From: Felis catus
Taxonomy: Eukaryota
NCBI RefSeq assembly: GCF_018350175.1
Contig: NC_058383.1
Span: 13,952,001 to 14,016,000 of the forward strand
Direction: 5' to 3'
Length of the DNA: 64,000 bases
Positions 35,561 to 46,888 of this stretch are shown here, one piece after another. The number at the start of each line of letters is the position of its first letter. Within the stretch, counting starts at the first letter, position 1. A model generated the notes under the pieces. That model ran no database searches. It saw nothing but the letters and a program-made list of their open reading frames with translations, and was not told where the DNA came from. Made by a program: the position numbers and the translations under genes.

Positions 35561-36464
35561 TCCAGCCCCCTCCTCTAGATTCTGCTACGCACGCGCGCCA
35601 TCAGATTTTGGTTTCCACGTCTCTTTCTCCCCCCCCTCCCCCCCTCCCCCGCAAAACACCTCTTTCTTGGGTCACCGTTTCGTGTGCTACCTCAACACCC
35701 TGATCGCCCTGTTAGAGTCTTGTCACACTCTCTGAACGATCATGTAATGTCTGTCTCATTCCGGCTCATTCTCTTGTTTTTCCCTGTTTGGAAAAGAAAA
35801 TCCACTTACTAGACACCTGCATGTTCCAAACCTTGCACATTATTGAATGTGTTATTTCTAATCCTTAAAATGACTCTCTGCAAGGTATGATTTCCTTTAT
35901 TTTATACATGAGTTGAGACTCCAGAAATGCACAGCTAGTAAATTGGCAGAGCCAGGGTTCAAATCAGGTTATCTAGTTGTGAAGACCTGTGACAGTTCCA
36001 TTATTTTCTCTTGCCTCTCTTGTGGCTTGTTGCATCTTTTTGGAGGGATGGCTAATTGAAGTTGAATATTTTCCTGTGTTTTTAGACCATTATATTTCCT
36101 TTTCCATACATACCTTTCTTCTTACCTTATTGCTAAGAGTTCCATACTGAGCAGACTCTTTTCACTGTCGTCTTTACCTTTGGATTTTATTCAGTTTTAG
36201 ACATGCGATAGTTTTATATTTTTACGTGGCCAAACCCACATATTTTCTTGTGTGAGTTCCTTTACCACTTCTCAAAAATCTTTTCTGCTGACAAAAGTGA
36301 GAGCATGCTTAGCATAGGAGACTCCAAAAAAATGCAAATAAGGATGAAGTTGAAAGTATAATCATCCGTAACTTTTCCACCCACCCTGAGACCACCCTCA
36401 TTAACATGATGGTGTATTTCCTTCCTTTCTTAAAAAAAGATATCATATATAAAAGAGTATGTAT

Positions 36465-36688
36465 GGGGACGCCTGGGTGGCTTGGTCGGTTAAGCGTCCG
36501 ACTTCGGCTCAGGTCATGATCTCACGGTCCGTGAGTTCGAGCCCCACGTCGGGCTCTGTCCTGACAGCTCAGAGCCTGGAGCCTGTTTCCGATTCTGTGT
36601 CTCCCTCTCTCTCTGCCCCTCCCCTGTTCATGCTCTGTCTCTCTCTGTCTCAAAAATAAATAAACGTTAAAAAAAATTAAAAAAAAAT
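36465..36688 (+). mobile_element. CanSINE
   Basis: TSD aaaagagtatgtat at 36451-36464 and 36689-36702. Confidence 0.97.
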
Positions 36689-36723
36689 AAAAGAGTATGT
36701 ATGGGATGTATGCATACAGTTTA

Positions 36724-36944
36724 TTATTTATTTATATGTTTTTAAATATTTTGAAATGTTTATTCTTTTAAGAGAGAGAGAGAGAGAGTGAGCAGAGGAG
36801 GGGCAGAGAGAGAGGGACAGAGGATCTGAAGCAGGCTCTGCAGTGACAGCACAGAGCCCGATGCGGGGCTTGAACTCACGAACTGTGAGATCATGACCTG
36901 AGCTGAAGTCGGACGATTAACTGACTGAGCCTCCGAGGTGGCCC
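36724..36944 (-). mobile_element. CanSINE
   Basis: Degenerate TSD tgtatgcatacagttta / tgtgtgcctacggttta. Confidence 0.94.
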
Positions 36945-37109
36945 TGTGTGCCTACGGTTTAGGGACTATCAATAAAACAAATAGCCATGCACCATAAACA
37001 GTGCTGCCGTGAGCTTTTCCACTTTCCTATGTACATCTCGTCGTGCATGTGTATACAAGCATCCCTGCTGTATGTATATCCACCACCCACGTTAAGAAAG
37101 AGAGCACTA

Positions 37110-37314
37110 GGGGCGTCTGGGTGGCGCAGTCGGTTAAGCGTCCGACTTCAGCCAGGTCACGATCTCGCGGTCCGTGAGTTCGAGCCCCGCGTCGGGCTCT
37201 GGGCTGATGGCTCAGAGCCTGGAGCCTGTTTCCGATTCTGTGTCTCCTTCTCTCTCTGCCCCTCCCCCGTTCATGCTCTGTCTCTCTCTGTCCCCCAAAA
37301 ATAAATAAACGTTG
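37110..37314 (+). mobile_element. young CanSINE lacking a poly-A tail
   Basis: Perfect TSD aagaaagagagcacta at 37094-37109 and 37315-37330. Confidence 0.97.
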
Positions 37315-37332
37315 AAGAAAGAGAGCACTACT

Positions 37333-37543
37333 GGGGGGGCGCCTGGGTGGCTCAGTTGGGTAAGCCACCAACTCTTGATTTCAGCTCAGGTCACGATCTC
37401 AGGGTTTGTGGGACCAAGCCCCATGTCGAGCTCGGAGCTGATGGCATGAAGCCTGCTTGGGAGTCTCTCTCTCCCTCTTTCTCTGCCCCGCCCCTGCTCA
37501 CACTCTCTCTTTCAAAATAAATAAATAAACTTTAAAAAAAAAG
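37333..37543 (+). mobile_element. CanSINE (older)
   Basis: Head, CT tract and tail, followed by aagaaagcactac, a degenerate copy of the same target site. Confidence 0.94.
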
Positions 37544-37559
37544 CAAGAAAGCACTACCC

Positions 37560-38560
37560 ACACCTCAGAAGCCCCTGGGTTGCCCTTCTCCAAGAACATC
37601 CCTCATTCCTACCCCCGCTTTCTGGAGGCAATCACAATCCTAAACCTGTGTCCATCATTACCTTGGTTGTACTTAGGGTTTGGCTATCTAGCTATCTACT
37701 GTCAAACAATCCACCGTGTAGCTTCGCCTACTTTTCACCTTTCTTTCTGACATTTGCTTCTTTCGCTTGACATTATGTTCTTGTGCTTGGCTTGTGTAAA
37801 CGGGGAAGGAGAGGAAAGCGTTGTACAGGATCAGGGCGCACGAGCACGCCGTGGTGTATCCACCGTGGGCGACCATCCATTATGGCTGATGGGCATTTGG
37901 GTCACCTCCAACTTCTGGCTATTAAGATCAGTGCTGCTGTGGACTTTCTCCCACACGTCTCCTGATGCATATGTGTAAAGTGTCCCTAAGGTGTGTGTAT
38001 CTGGGGGTGGCACTGATCGGTCACACAGAGAATACGCGTGCTCAGCTTACTAATTAATGCGGGCTTTATTCCAGGGGGGTTGTAGGAATTTATACTCAGC
38101 AGCAGTCAATAACTCACCATCACTGCACACTGTTCCCGACCCTGGTATTGTTTTAGCTACACTTTTTTGCCGTCTGGTTGGTATGAAATGTTTACCTTGT
38201 CAGTATGTTAAGAGTGTTCAAATTACTGATGTTTTATCGATTCCTGACAGAATTGTGTTAAAATACTCCAATTTTGTGGATTTGTCAATTTCTCCTTACC
38301 GAGCTGTTTTTTTTTCTTTGCTTTAGGTATTTTGAGGCTAATTAGGTCTATGCAAGTTTAAAATTGCCATATCTTATTGGTGAATTGAACCTTTCTTTCA
38401 TCATGTAATGACCCTTTCATCTCTATTAATGATTTTGCCTCAAATCCTGTTGTAAATGATATTAATTTGGTTACTTTCATTTAGCCTTGGGTTAGTATTT
38501 GCCTGCTATATCTTTTTATCCAATCTTTTGAATTTTATTCTGTGTCTTTATGTTTTAAGT
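37560..38560 (-). mobile_element. old L1ME-type fragments
   Basis: gatgggcatttggg...ttctggctatt, aggtctatgcaagtttaaaattg...gtgaattgaacc...tcatcatgtaatgaccc. Confidence 0.55.
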
Positions 38561-38714
38561 GTGCTTCTTGTAATCCATATTATCACAGCCGTCCTCCGCT
38601 CCCTGATTCACACCCTGTGTGTTCTCTCCGCCAACGTCATTCAATGACAGAACACCCATTCATCTCTGGGTCCCTTGAGCCTGGCACGCAGTCGGGGCTC
38701 AAAAGTGTTTGATG

Positions 38715-38928
38715 GGAGTGCCTGGGTGGCTCAGTCAGTTAAGTGTCCGACTTCGGCTCAGGTCATGATTTCATGGTTCATGAGTTCGAGCCCTGCGTCG
38801 GGCTCTGTGCTGACAGCTCAGAGCCTGGAGCCTGCTTCGGATTCTGTGCCTCCCTCTCTCTCTGCCCCTCCCCTGCTCACGCTCTGTCTCTTTCTCTGTC
38901 AAAAATAAATAAACATTAAGAATTTTTT
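38715..38928 (+). mobile_element. CanSINE inserted in an L2 3' tail
   Basis: TSD aagtgtttgatg at 38703-38714 and 38929-38940. Confidence 0.96.
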
Positions 38929-39221
38929 AAGTGTTTGATGAATGAGTGAGTGAAGGTACAATGTGAATTATGCAGTATAGATTAGTACAAAAGTATTCTC
39001 TTTCTGACAAAGCTGTTCTGTGGGAGCAAAAGTTCTTCTTCTCCAAAGCAAATGGGTGCACAAGATTTTCTCTGAAATAAATATACTGTTATCGATCATT
39101 CCTCTAGCTTCCAAGAGTGGAAACAGGACATCTGCTTCTCTGTGACGGCACCAAATGACAAGATGTGTGGTAGGGGCCAGACCACACATCCCCCACCTCT
39201 CCTCCTATGGCAACCAACATG

Positions 39222-39438
39222 TTTCTTTTTAATGTTTATTTATTTAGTTTTGAGAGAGAGAGAGAGAGACAGAGAGTGATCAGGGGAGGAGCAGAGTGAG
39301 AGGGAGGGACAGAATCTCAGGCAGGCTCTGTGTTGTCAGCACAGAGCCCAGTGTGGGGCTCGAACTCACGAACTGTGAGATCATGACCTGAGCAGAAACC
39401 AAGAGTCGAATGCTTAACCGATGGAGCCACTCAGGTGC
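39222..39438 (-). mobile_element. CanSINE
   Basis: Tail, (GA)n, body and head recognisable. Confidence 0.93.
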
Positions 39439-40088
39439 TGTTCTCCAAGAACAGAACAACGTCTGTTCTTGCAAATGCTCCAACTCTGTTCTCTTTGGTT
39501 TGCTCTGGAAGAATGTGGTATTCGTCAGGAACATTTGACATGAGGAGAGAGAGCACGAGCTCTTGTGGAGGGCTGCTGGTGGCCTTTGCTTACACCCAGC
39601 CTTACCCATCAGCCCTGAGAACGGGCCAGAGCCAGGCCGCCTGCTAAGGACCCAGGCCTCCAGGTGTCAAGATCCACAATGGGATTGGTTTTTACCTTCT
39701 CATGTGCCCCAGGGACGGTCGCTGACCTCCTCTGGGCCTCTGGAAAGGAGAAGGGGGGACCTTGAGCTTCACGCTGGGGTTCTGAAAGGCCGAGCTTTCT
39801 AGGCACTTTTGCGTTCCGTGTGGCTTGGTGCATGAGGGTTGAGAAAGCACTCGTGGCGTCAGTCCAATCTTTGTCAAGAGGTTCTTGTAGCAAGATGGAC
39901 TTCTCTTCAGAGAGGACAGCCCTGGCCGCCAGCCCACGGAGGGCTTGGCCAGACCAATTCCGTGGCGATGAGTCATGGATTGCAATGGCCCTGGCTGGCT
40001 TTTCTCCTCCGCTTTTGTGGGAAGGTCCAGGACTCCCGAGACAGCTGGTTTTCACGAGAGTTACTTCTCCTTCCAAAGGACATGGGCT

Positions 40089-40302
40089 GGGGGCGCCTGG
40101 GTGGCCCAGTCGGTTAAGCGTCTGACTTTAGCTCGGGTCATGATCTCACAGTTCGTGAGTTCGAGCCCCACACGGGGCTCTCACCTGTCAGTGCCTGGGG
40201 CCTGCTTCGGAGGCTCTGTCTCCCTCTCTCTGCCCCTCTCCTGCTCTCTCTCTCTCTCTCTCACACACACACAAAAGCAAATAAACATTAAAAAATTATC
40301 AA
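40089..40302 (+). mobile_element. CanSINE
   Basis: TSD caaagg(a/g)catgggct at 40074-40088 and 40303-40317. Confidence 0.95.
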
Positions 40303-42887
40303 CAAAGGGCATGGGCTCCCCATCCTCCAAAGGTAAAGTTCAGCCACTGAATGTCATAAACACAAAGGGGGAAATACACTCCCCCTTCTTGTTTTCTCCC
40401 GTGTTGAGCACTTTCTATCTTAACATTTAAAATTAAGCTACCAGAGCAACTCTGAGGGTCAGCCAAGACAAGATGCTATTCCTTGGCCCCAATTTCCTGT
40501 TCGACGCCCCGAGCAATGTGGCTGCTGAGATCAGTGTATCCTTGAGCCAAAGACCATCTGGAACTTCTCCCCTTAGGGCTTCCCAGCCGGCCTGGGCCTG
40601 CGTGTTGTGTGCATGCTCAGTGCAGTCAGGAGGCCGGCCAGGCTGTAGGATCTGTATCTCGAATTTTCCTGAAAGATGCGGGGGAGCAAAGGAGCTCCTA
40701 AGTAGGGAAAGTAATTGCAAAACCAGCCCATCATGTAATCTAGCCTCAAATTCCTCCTCTTTTTTCTTCATTGCTACAAAATTGTAGTGAGTCCTTGAAG
40801 CAAAGCGAATAGGAAAGGTGTAGACCGGGAAGGTGGGGGGGGGGGGTCTTTCTTCGGGAGTCTTCCAAGCTTTCGTTCCCTCCCCGCTGAGATGCTGGGT
40901 GCATGGGAAGAGGCCGGCAGGCGAAGCAAGTCTGGGGGCTCGTTCTCCAGGGGAGGCTGATGTGGGTGCTGGTGGGAGCACTTGCCCGGAGAGCCATGGA
41001 GTGTCAACCCCCAGGGACCTCCGAAATCACAGCAGAATTGCCACACGCAAAGGGGCCCTCCTCCCTACTGTCAGGCCCCACACTGTCCTGGTCCCCTTCG
41101 GCCTCCCTGGCTTCTCCTCTGCGGCCCTGCAGATGGCGCCTCTCCCGCGAATGGACTTGCGGTGCTCAGGCTGGGTGCTCCGGTCCTCCCTGGAGATCAC
41201 ATTGTTTCCTTGGGCCGAACCTATTTGTGGGCTGATGACTCCCAAGTGTGTATTTCTGGGCTTCCTGCTTGACATCTCCCCTGGGACAGACATCTCATCT
41301 AATAGGGGTGAAGTGGAGTTCTTGACAGCTGCCCAGACTCACTCCCTCTGTCCTTGGTTTCCCTTCTCCGTGGAGGGCACCGTTATCCACACAGGGGCTC
41401 GTGCCACAACTCCGTTTCCTTTCTCCTCATCGCCCCTGACCTTCTGCGCACCCTCCTCACCACCACCCTCCTCCTTAACTTGACCCTGTGTGCATCTCCA
41501 AGCTGGTCTCCCTGGACCCTCTCTCAACTGTCCATATTCCTCATCAGGCACAGAAGCTGGGGTGATTTCAAAGCATAGAGTAGACCACGTGGTCCCCTGT
41601 TTAACCCCCCCCCCCCCCGAGGGTTTTCCCATCTGATGACAATGAGTCATCTGCATTTGGAGCAGGAATGAGATGTGGGGACAAGGTCCAGCCCTTTGGG
41701 TCTGGGTAACGAGGATGCGGTCGAGTGGACCCAGAGTCACAAACAGGACGAGTTTCAAGAAGGGCAGGGCTGTTGAAGCCAGTGTTTTCCTTTGCCAGCA
41801 CTGCGTCCTTCCTGCTGTCCTGGAGGCAGACCCCACGCCCTGGGGTCTCGTGGTCCCTTCCCCGGTACAGCGACGCGCAGTGAGCGAGGCTTGACCAAAA
41901 CCTCCTCTCGGCTACGGGCCGCACTGGATTTTGCAAAGGCGGGTCCCCGACCAACTCCACCGTTCTGAGTCTCTCTCCTGGGAGCCGGAACCTTGAACGG
42001 AGACACAAACTGATGGAAAGAGGTGGCCAGAGTCCTTTCATGATGGCATCCTAGAGAGAAGGTCCGCGGGTTCCTGCTGCTGAGGTTCCCAGAGGGAGCT
42101 GCTCTGCCTGCCCTCTGCCAAGAATTTGTTGTTCTGCACACCCTTTGATGGTATGAGCTGCCCTGGTATCCTTCCAAACCGGCTCTATTGTTGCTCCGCG
42201 TAGCCAGGCTTGAGCTCCGTTGCAACAGGGGTTGCAAGGACGCAAACCTGCCCAGTGCACGGGGCTGGACTGAGCTCTGTGGCTTAGGCCCTTCACACGG
42301 GGCGCAGAGACCGTATCGCCCCCTCCTCGCTCCCAGAGCACCTGCAGAGGTCACGCTGGTTCTGGCCAGGGCACCGTGAAATTCTCACGGGCCGCAGCCT
42401 GGGAGGAGGGGCCAAAGAAAAGAGGAGCCTCGTTTCTGTGTCCGTTAGGAGCGCCCTCACTCAAAAGCGACCGAAGATCAGGCTAATGGTGGTTAAATGA
42501 CAAAGGCATTGGAAATGATCTCACACACCAGAAGAAAGAACTGTTCTTTCTATCAGGGAGGAGGACTCTTCCCCAGCATGCCTGGTTGATTTCTGCACCG
42601 GCTAGAACCGTACTCGTGGCCACCTTTAGTTCCCAGGGCAGGCGGATACGCAGATAACTCGACATTATCTCCATGACTGTCTTTGCTCATTGGGATTCAC
42701 CCCCCTGAGACTGGCACACTGTTGCCCCAATCGGTCATGGCTAGCGAAGGAGGAAGGGGGACCAGCTGTCGGCTGGGCCATTAACTTCGTCTACCACAGC
42801 GACCACATCAGATGCTCAACGTTATTGCCAGGGAGCAGGTGAACCACTATGGCCGCCTTTCAAGCCTTCATCAAAAGCAAGTGGACG

Positions 42888-42931
42888 GCGTATTCGTCAG
42901 AGCTCTCCAGAGAAGCAGAATCAATAGAACG

Positions 42932-42962
<31 letters not shown>

Positions 42963-43200
42963 ACACACACACACACACACACACTTGTGATGAAGAATTG
43001 GCTCCCATGTTAATGGAGGCTGACAAATCCCAGGAGCTGCCGTCTACAAGCTGGAGAACCCAGGACAGCTGGTGGTGTAGTTTAGCTCGAGTCCAAATGC
43101 CTGAGGACCGGGCAGGGGTTGGGGGGGGGGGTCGCGCTGAAGGAATAAGTCTGAGTCTGAGCTCTGCAGCTGAGAGGGTACGTGAGAAAGGAGAGTGAGC
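42888..43200 (-). mobile_element. MLT2 (ERVL) LTR fragment containing a (CA)n microsatellite at ~42930-42984
   Basis: gtcagagctctccagagaagcagaatcaataga...gaagaattggctc...atggaggctgacaaatcccagga...caagctggagaacccagga. Confidence 0.8.
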
Positions 43201-44046
43201 CACTTGGGTAGAAGGAGGAGGGAGGTTCCTCTGAGCGTGGGGAGGAGGGCAGGAGTGTTGTGGTAAGAGGCTCTGCAGTGCCGTAGAGTACAAAAGAACT
43301 CTCGAAGAGAGAGAAGAGTGCATGCAACAAGTGTGGCGGAGGCCAGCGTTTGCATCCTCTCCAACGTGTCTCCAGAGATGCCGGTGAGAGACGGGAATTG
43401 CTCATTTATTTATTTTGAGGAGCGTTGTGTTGTGCTGTCAGAGCTCTGGGGCTAATCACACAACTCTCGGAACGCGATTCTATGCAGAGCCCGGGGGTGT
43501 GAGGTTTCCAGGTGCAATCTTTGCACAGTCCTCCGCGTCTGGAAGGTTCGCTGACGGGGGGGGGTGGGTGGGGGGGTGGGGGGGACTATGCGAACACAGG
43601 TGCACCGCACCTGCTCCTTTCCTTTGGCGGGTGAGTGGGTTCTCCTCGACGGGAGAAGCCCCTCCTGTTGGGGAGCCCGAGCGAAAGGTAGACAGTGAGC
43701 AGCCTGTAGCTATTGTTTTGGGGGCATCCTCAACATTTTATTTTAAAAGCGAACGTGTTGTAAAATTGCCCCTTTGCCCCCAGTGTGCAATTCTTTGAGA
43801 TTTAACACGTGTACAGATCCGTGTAACCGTATGCAATCGGGGTACAGAGCTGGTCCCTCAATCCAGAAAATTCCCTCACGTAACCTGTTCGGTCGTCACG
43901 GCCCACCCCCACCCCAGCCCCTTCGCTACAGATCTGTTCTCCATCACTGTTGTTTTGTCTTTTCAAGAACATCATGCAGATGGTTTCATACAGGATATGG
44001 GCTTTTGGCTTCTTTCACTCGGTGCAACCTTTTAAGACTGGCTTCT

Positions 44047-44452
44047 CTTTTGTCTTTTTCAATTGACACAATATGTTACATTAGTTTCAGGTGTAAACAC
44101 AGTGATTTGACACGGTTATACAAGTGCACCTACCATCTGTCCTGTTACACAGGTAATAATAGCACAGATTGTATTTCTTTTCTTTTAAATGTTTATTTAT
44201 TTTTTAGAGACAGAGGCAGGCAGAGCGCGAGCGGGGGAGGGGCAGAGAGAGAGCGAGACCCAGAATCTGAAGCAGGCTCCAGGCTCCGAGCTGTCAGTCC
44301 AGAGCCCGACGCGGGGCTGGAACCCACAGACCACGAGATCATGACCTGAGCCAAACTCGGACACTTAACCAACTGAGCCACCCACGTGCCCCAACTGTAT
44401 TTCTTATGCTGTGCCTTTTAGTCCCAAGACTTACGCATTCCATAACTGGAAG
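44047..44452 (-). mobile_element. short carnivore L1 3' end nested in the older L1
   Basis: gttacattagtttcaggtgtaaacacagtgatttgac; TSD aagactggcttct at 44034-44046 and 44453-44465. Confidence 0.88.
44180..44392 (-). mobile_element. CanSINE nested in the short L1
   Basis: TSD tgtatttctt at 44170-44179 and 44396-44405. Confidence 0.95.
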
Positions 44453-44844
44453 AAGACTGGCTTCTTTAATTTCGCCTTTGAGATTTTTCCAAGCCGTTGT
44501 GTCACTAGCTCATTCCTTTTGGTTGCTGAGTCGTAGTCCTGCATACGGAAATACTCATGGTTTGTTCATCCGTTCGTCCCTTATTCACCTGTTGAAGGAC
44601 ATTTGGGTTGTTTCCAGTCTTTGGTGATAAAGAACGGAGCCGCCATAGACTTTCATGTGTAGCTTTCTGTAAGCACAGTTTCTTTTTCTCCAGGATACAT
44701 TCTCAGTGGTGGTATCATTTCCTTATAAGACACCGCCAAACGAATTTCCAGAACGGCTGTGCCATTTTTCATTCCCACAAGCAATATAAGGGTCTCGTTG
44801 CTTGTTTTTGTTAGCCATTCTAGTCTGCGTTGTATCTCATCATG

Positions 44845-44908
44845 TTTTTTTCAATGTTTATTTATTTATTCTGAAAGTCTGAGAGAGAGAGAGTACAAGT
44901 GAGAGGAG

Positions 44909-44942
<34 letters not shown>

Positions 44943-45039
44943 ATCCCAATGCAGCAGAGCCCTATATGGGGCTCGATCTCACAGACCGTGAGATCACGAC
45001 ATGAGCTGAAATCAAGAGTCTGAGCCACCCAGGTGCCCC
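44845..45039 (-). mobile_element. CanSINE with small internal deletions
   Basis: aatcaagagtc joins directly to tgagccacccaggtgcccc. Confidence 0.92.
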
Positions 45040-46419
45040 CTATCACGTTTGAATGTGCATTTCCCTAATAGCATCGTTTCATATGCTAATCTGACTTCTC
45101 TACATCCTCTTTGGTGGAGGGTCTAAATCCTTTTGTCCGTTATGCTGTTGTTAATTTCTCACTGTTGAGTTATGAGAGTTCTTTCTAATTTTGTATACAA
45201 GTCCTTTGTTGAATATGTGACTTACAGCCATTTTATTCCAGTCTGTAACTTGTCATTTAATTCTTTTAACAATGGCTTTTGCAGAGCAGAGATTTTAAAT
45301 TTTGCTTAGATTATCATGTAATTTATTTAGGTCTTTGCTGATTTCCTCCATCAGTGCTTTGGAGTCTTCAGGAACAGCTGCTGTATGTGTTTTGTCAGCT
45401 TGATTCCTAAGCATTTCATTTTTTTTTTGAAGTTTTTATAGATTTTTAAATTCTGGTTTCCAATGGTTCATTGCCGAGATACAGAAATACAATTGATGTT
45501 TGTATTCAGTCTTGAATCTTGTGACCTTGTTAAACTAGCTTGCTAGTTCTAGAAGTCTTTGTTTTTGTTTTCGTTTCTTTTGTGTGTGGATTTCTTGGCC
45601 TTTTCTTTGCAGGCAATCATGTGGTTTGTAAGGAGGAAGTGTTATTTCTTTCTTTCTAATATGTATGCCTTTTATTTCTTTTTTCTTTCCTTATTTCACT
45701 GGCTATGATTTCCAGTACCATGTTGAATAAAAATGTTAGAATGGATATGTTCACCTTGTTCCTGATTTTAGGGGGGAAAGCACTGAATCTTTCCCTATTC
45801 AGTGTTATGCAAACTGTAGGGTTTTTTGGGTTTTGTTTTAAATAGATCGTTTTTCTCAGGTTGAGGAATTTCTACTCACTGAGAGGTTTTTTTTTTTTTT
45901 AATCATGAATGAACATAAACTTTTGTCAACTGTCTTTTCTGCATTGATTGATAGGACCATATGTTTTTCTTTTTCATGTCTACTCTCACCAATGTTTGGG
46001 TGGATATGGGCAGAGGGAAGGGAGAATGAGGAATGAAAGGAAGGAGGTAAGAGTTTAGCAGACGTATTAAGCTAGAATAAGAAGTGGGTAGGAGACATCT
46101 AAGTTTGCCCCCTCCACCGAAGGACTCTGATATACTGGGAAGCTCCTGGACCTACATGTGGGATGAGGCTTAACTCTCTTTCTTGAAATTCCAAGGGTAT
46201 AAGGTGATTCCAGAAGTCAGGACACCAGAGACAGATGACTTCTGGGATAAACATATCTTTCTACCCTTGCTTGAAACTCTTGTGCACAAATTCATTCATG
46301 TGTTTTATGAGACTTTTAAATCATCACCCAGGGCAGTGCCTAGCATATGGCAGGGGCTTGACATACTTTGTTCTGATGAGCGACTGAGTGAATGAAATGT
46401 CACAGACCAGACTGTGTGA

Positions 46420-46590
46420 CATAGTGATTATGAGCAAGGGTGGGGAGCCAGATTGCCTGGATTGGAACCATGGCTTTACCATTGTAGAGACTGAACAGCA
46501 GCAAACTACTAATGCTCTTTGTGCCTCAGTCCCTTATCTCTAAAATGGGCAAAATGAAGGTATCTATCGTGTAGAGAATGCAGTGTAAGT
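46420..46590 (+). mobile_element. MIR
   Basis: ggagccagattgcctgga...tgtgcctcagtcccttatctctaaaatggg. Confidence 0.7.
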
Positions 46591-46684
46591 CTTCTTCTTC
46601 TTATCATTATTATTATTCACATTTTCCCCCTTGGAATTAGAGCCCTACCTTTATTTATTATTTTTTTTTACTATATCTCCACCA

Positions 46685-46856
46685 TTTCTTTGCCTTTCTT
46701 TCCCTTCCTTCCTTCCTTCCTTCCTTCCTTTTTCCTCCTTTCCTCTCTCTTTCCCTTTTTCCTTTCTTCCTTCTTTTAACCCCTCCTTCCTTCCTTCCTT
46801 CTTTCTTTCTTCTTCCCTTTCTTCCTCTTTCTTCCCTTCTTCCCACCTTCCCTTTC

Positions 46857-46888
<32 letters not shown>
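46685..46888. repeat. pyrimidine-rich (TTCC/TTTC) low-complexity tract
   Basis: Seen directly. Confidence 0.92.

Larger units (their letters stand above)
43725..45980 (-). mobile_element. old L1MC/MD-type element with nested insertions
   Basis: attcacctgttgaaggacatttgggttgtttccag, ttccagtaccatgttgaata, ttttctgcattgattg. Confidence 0.8.
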
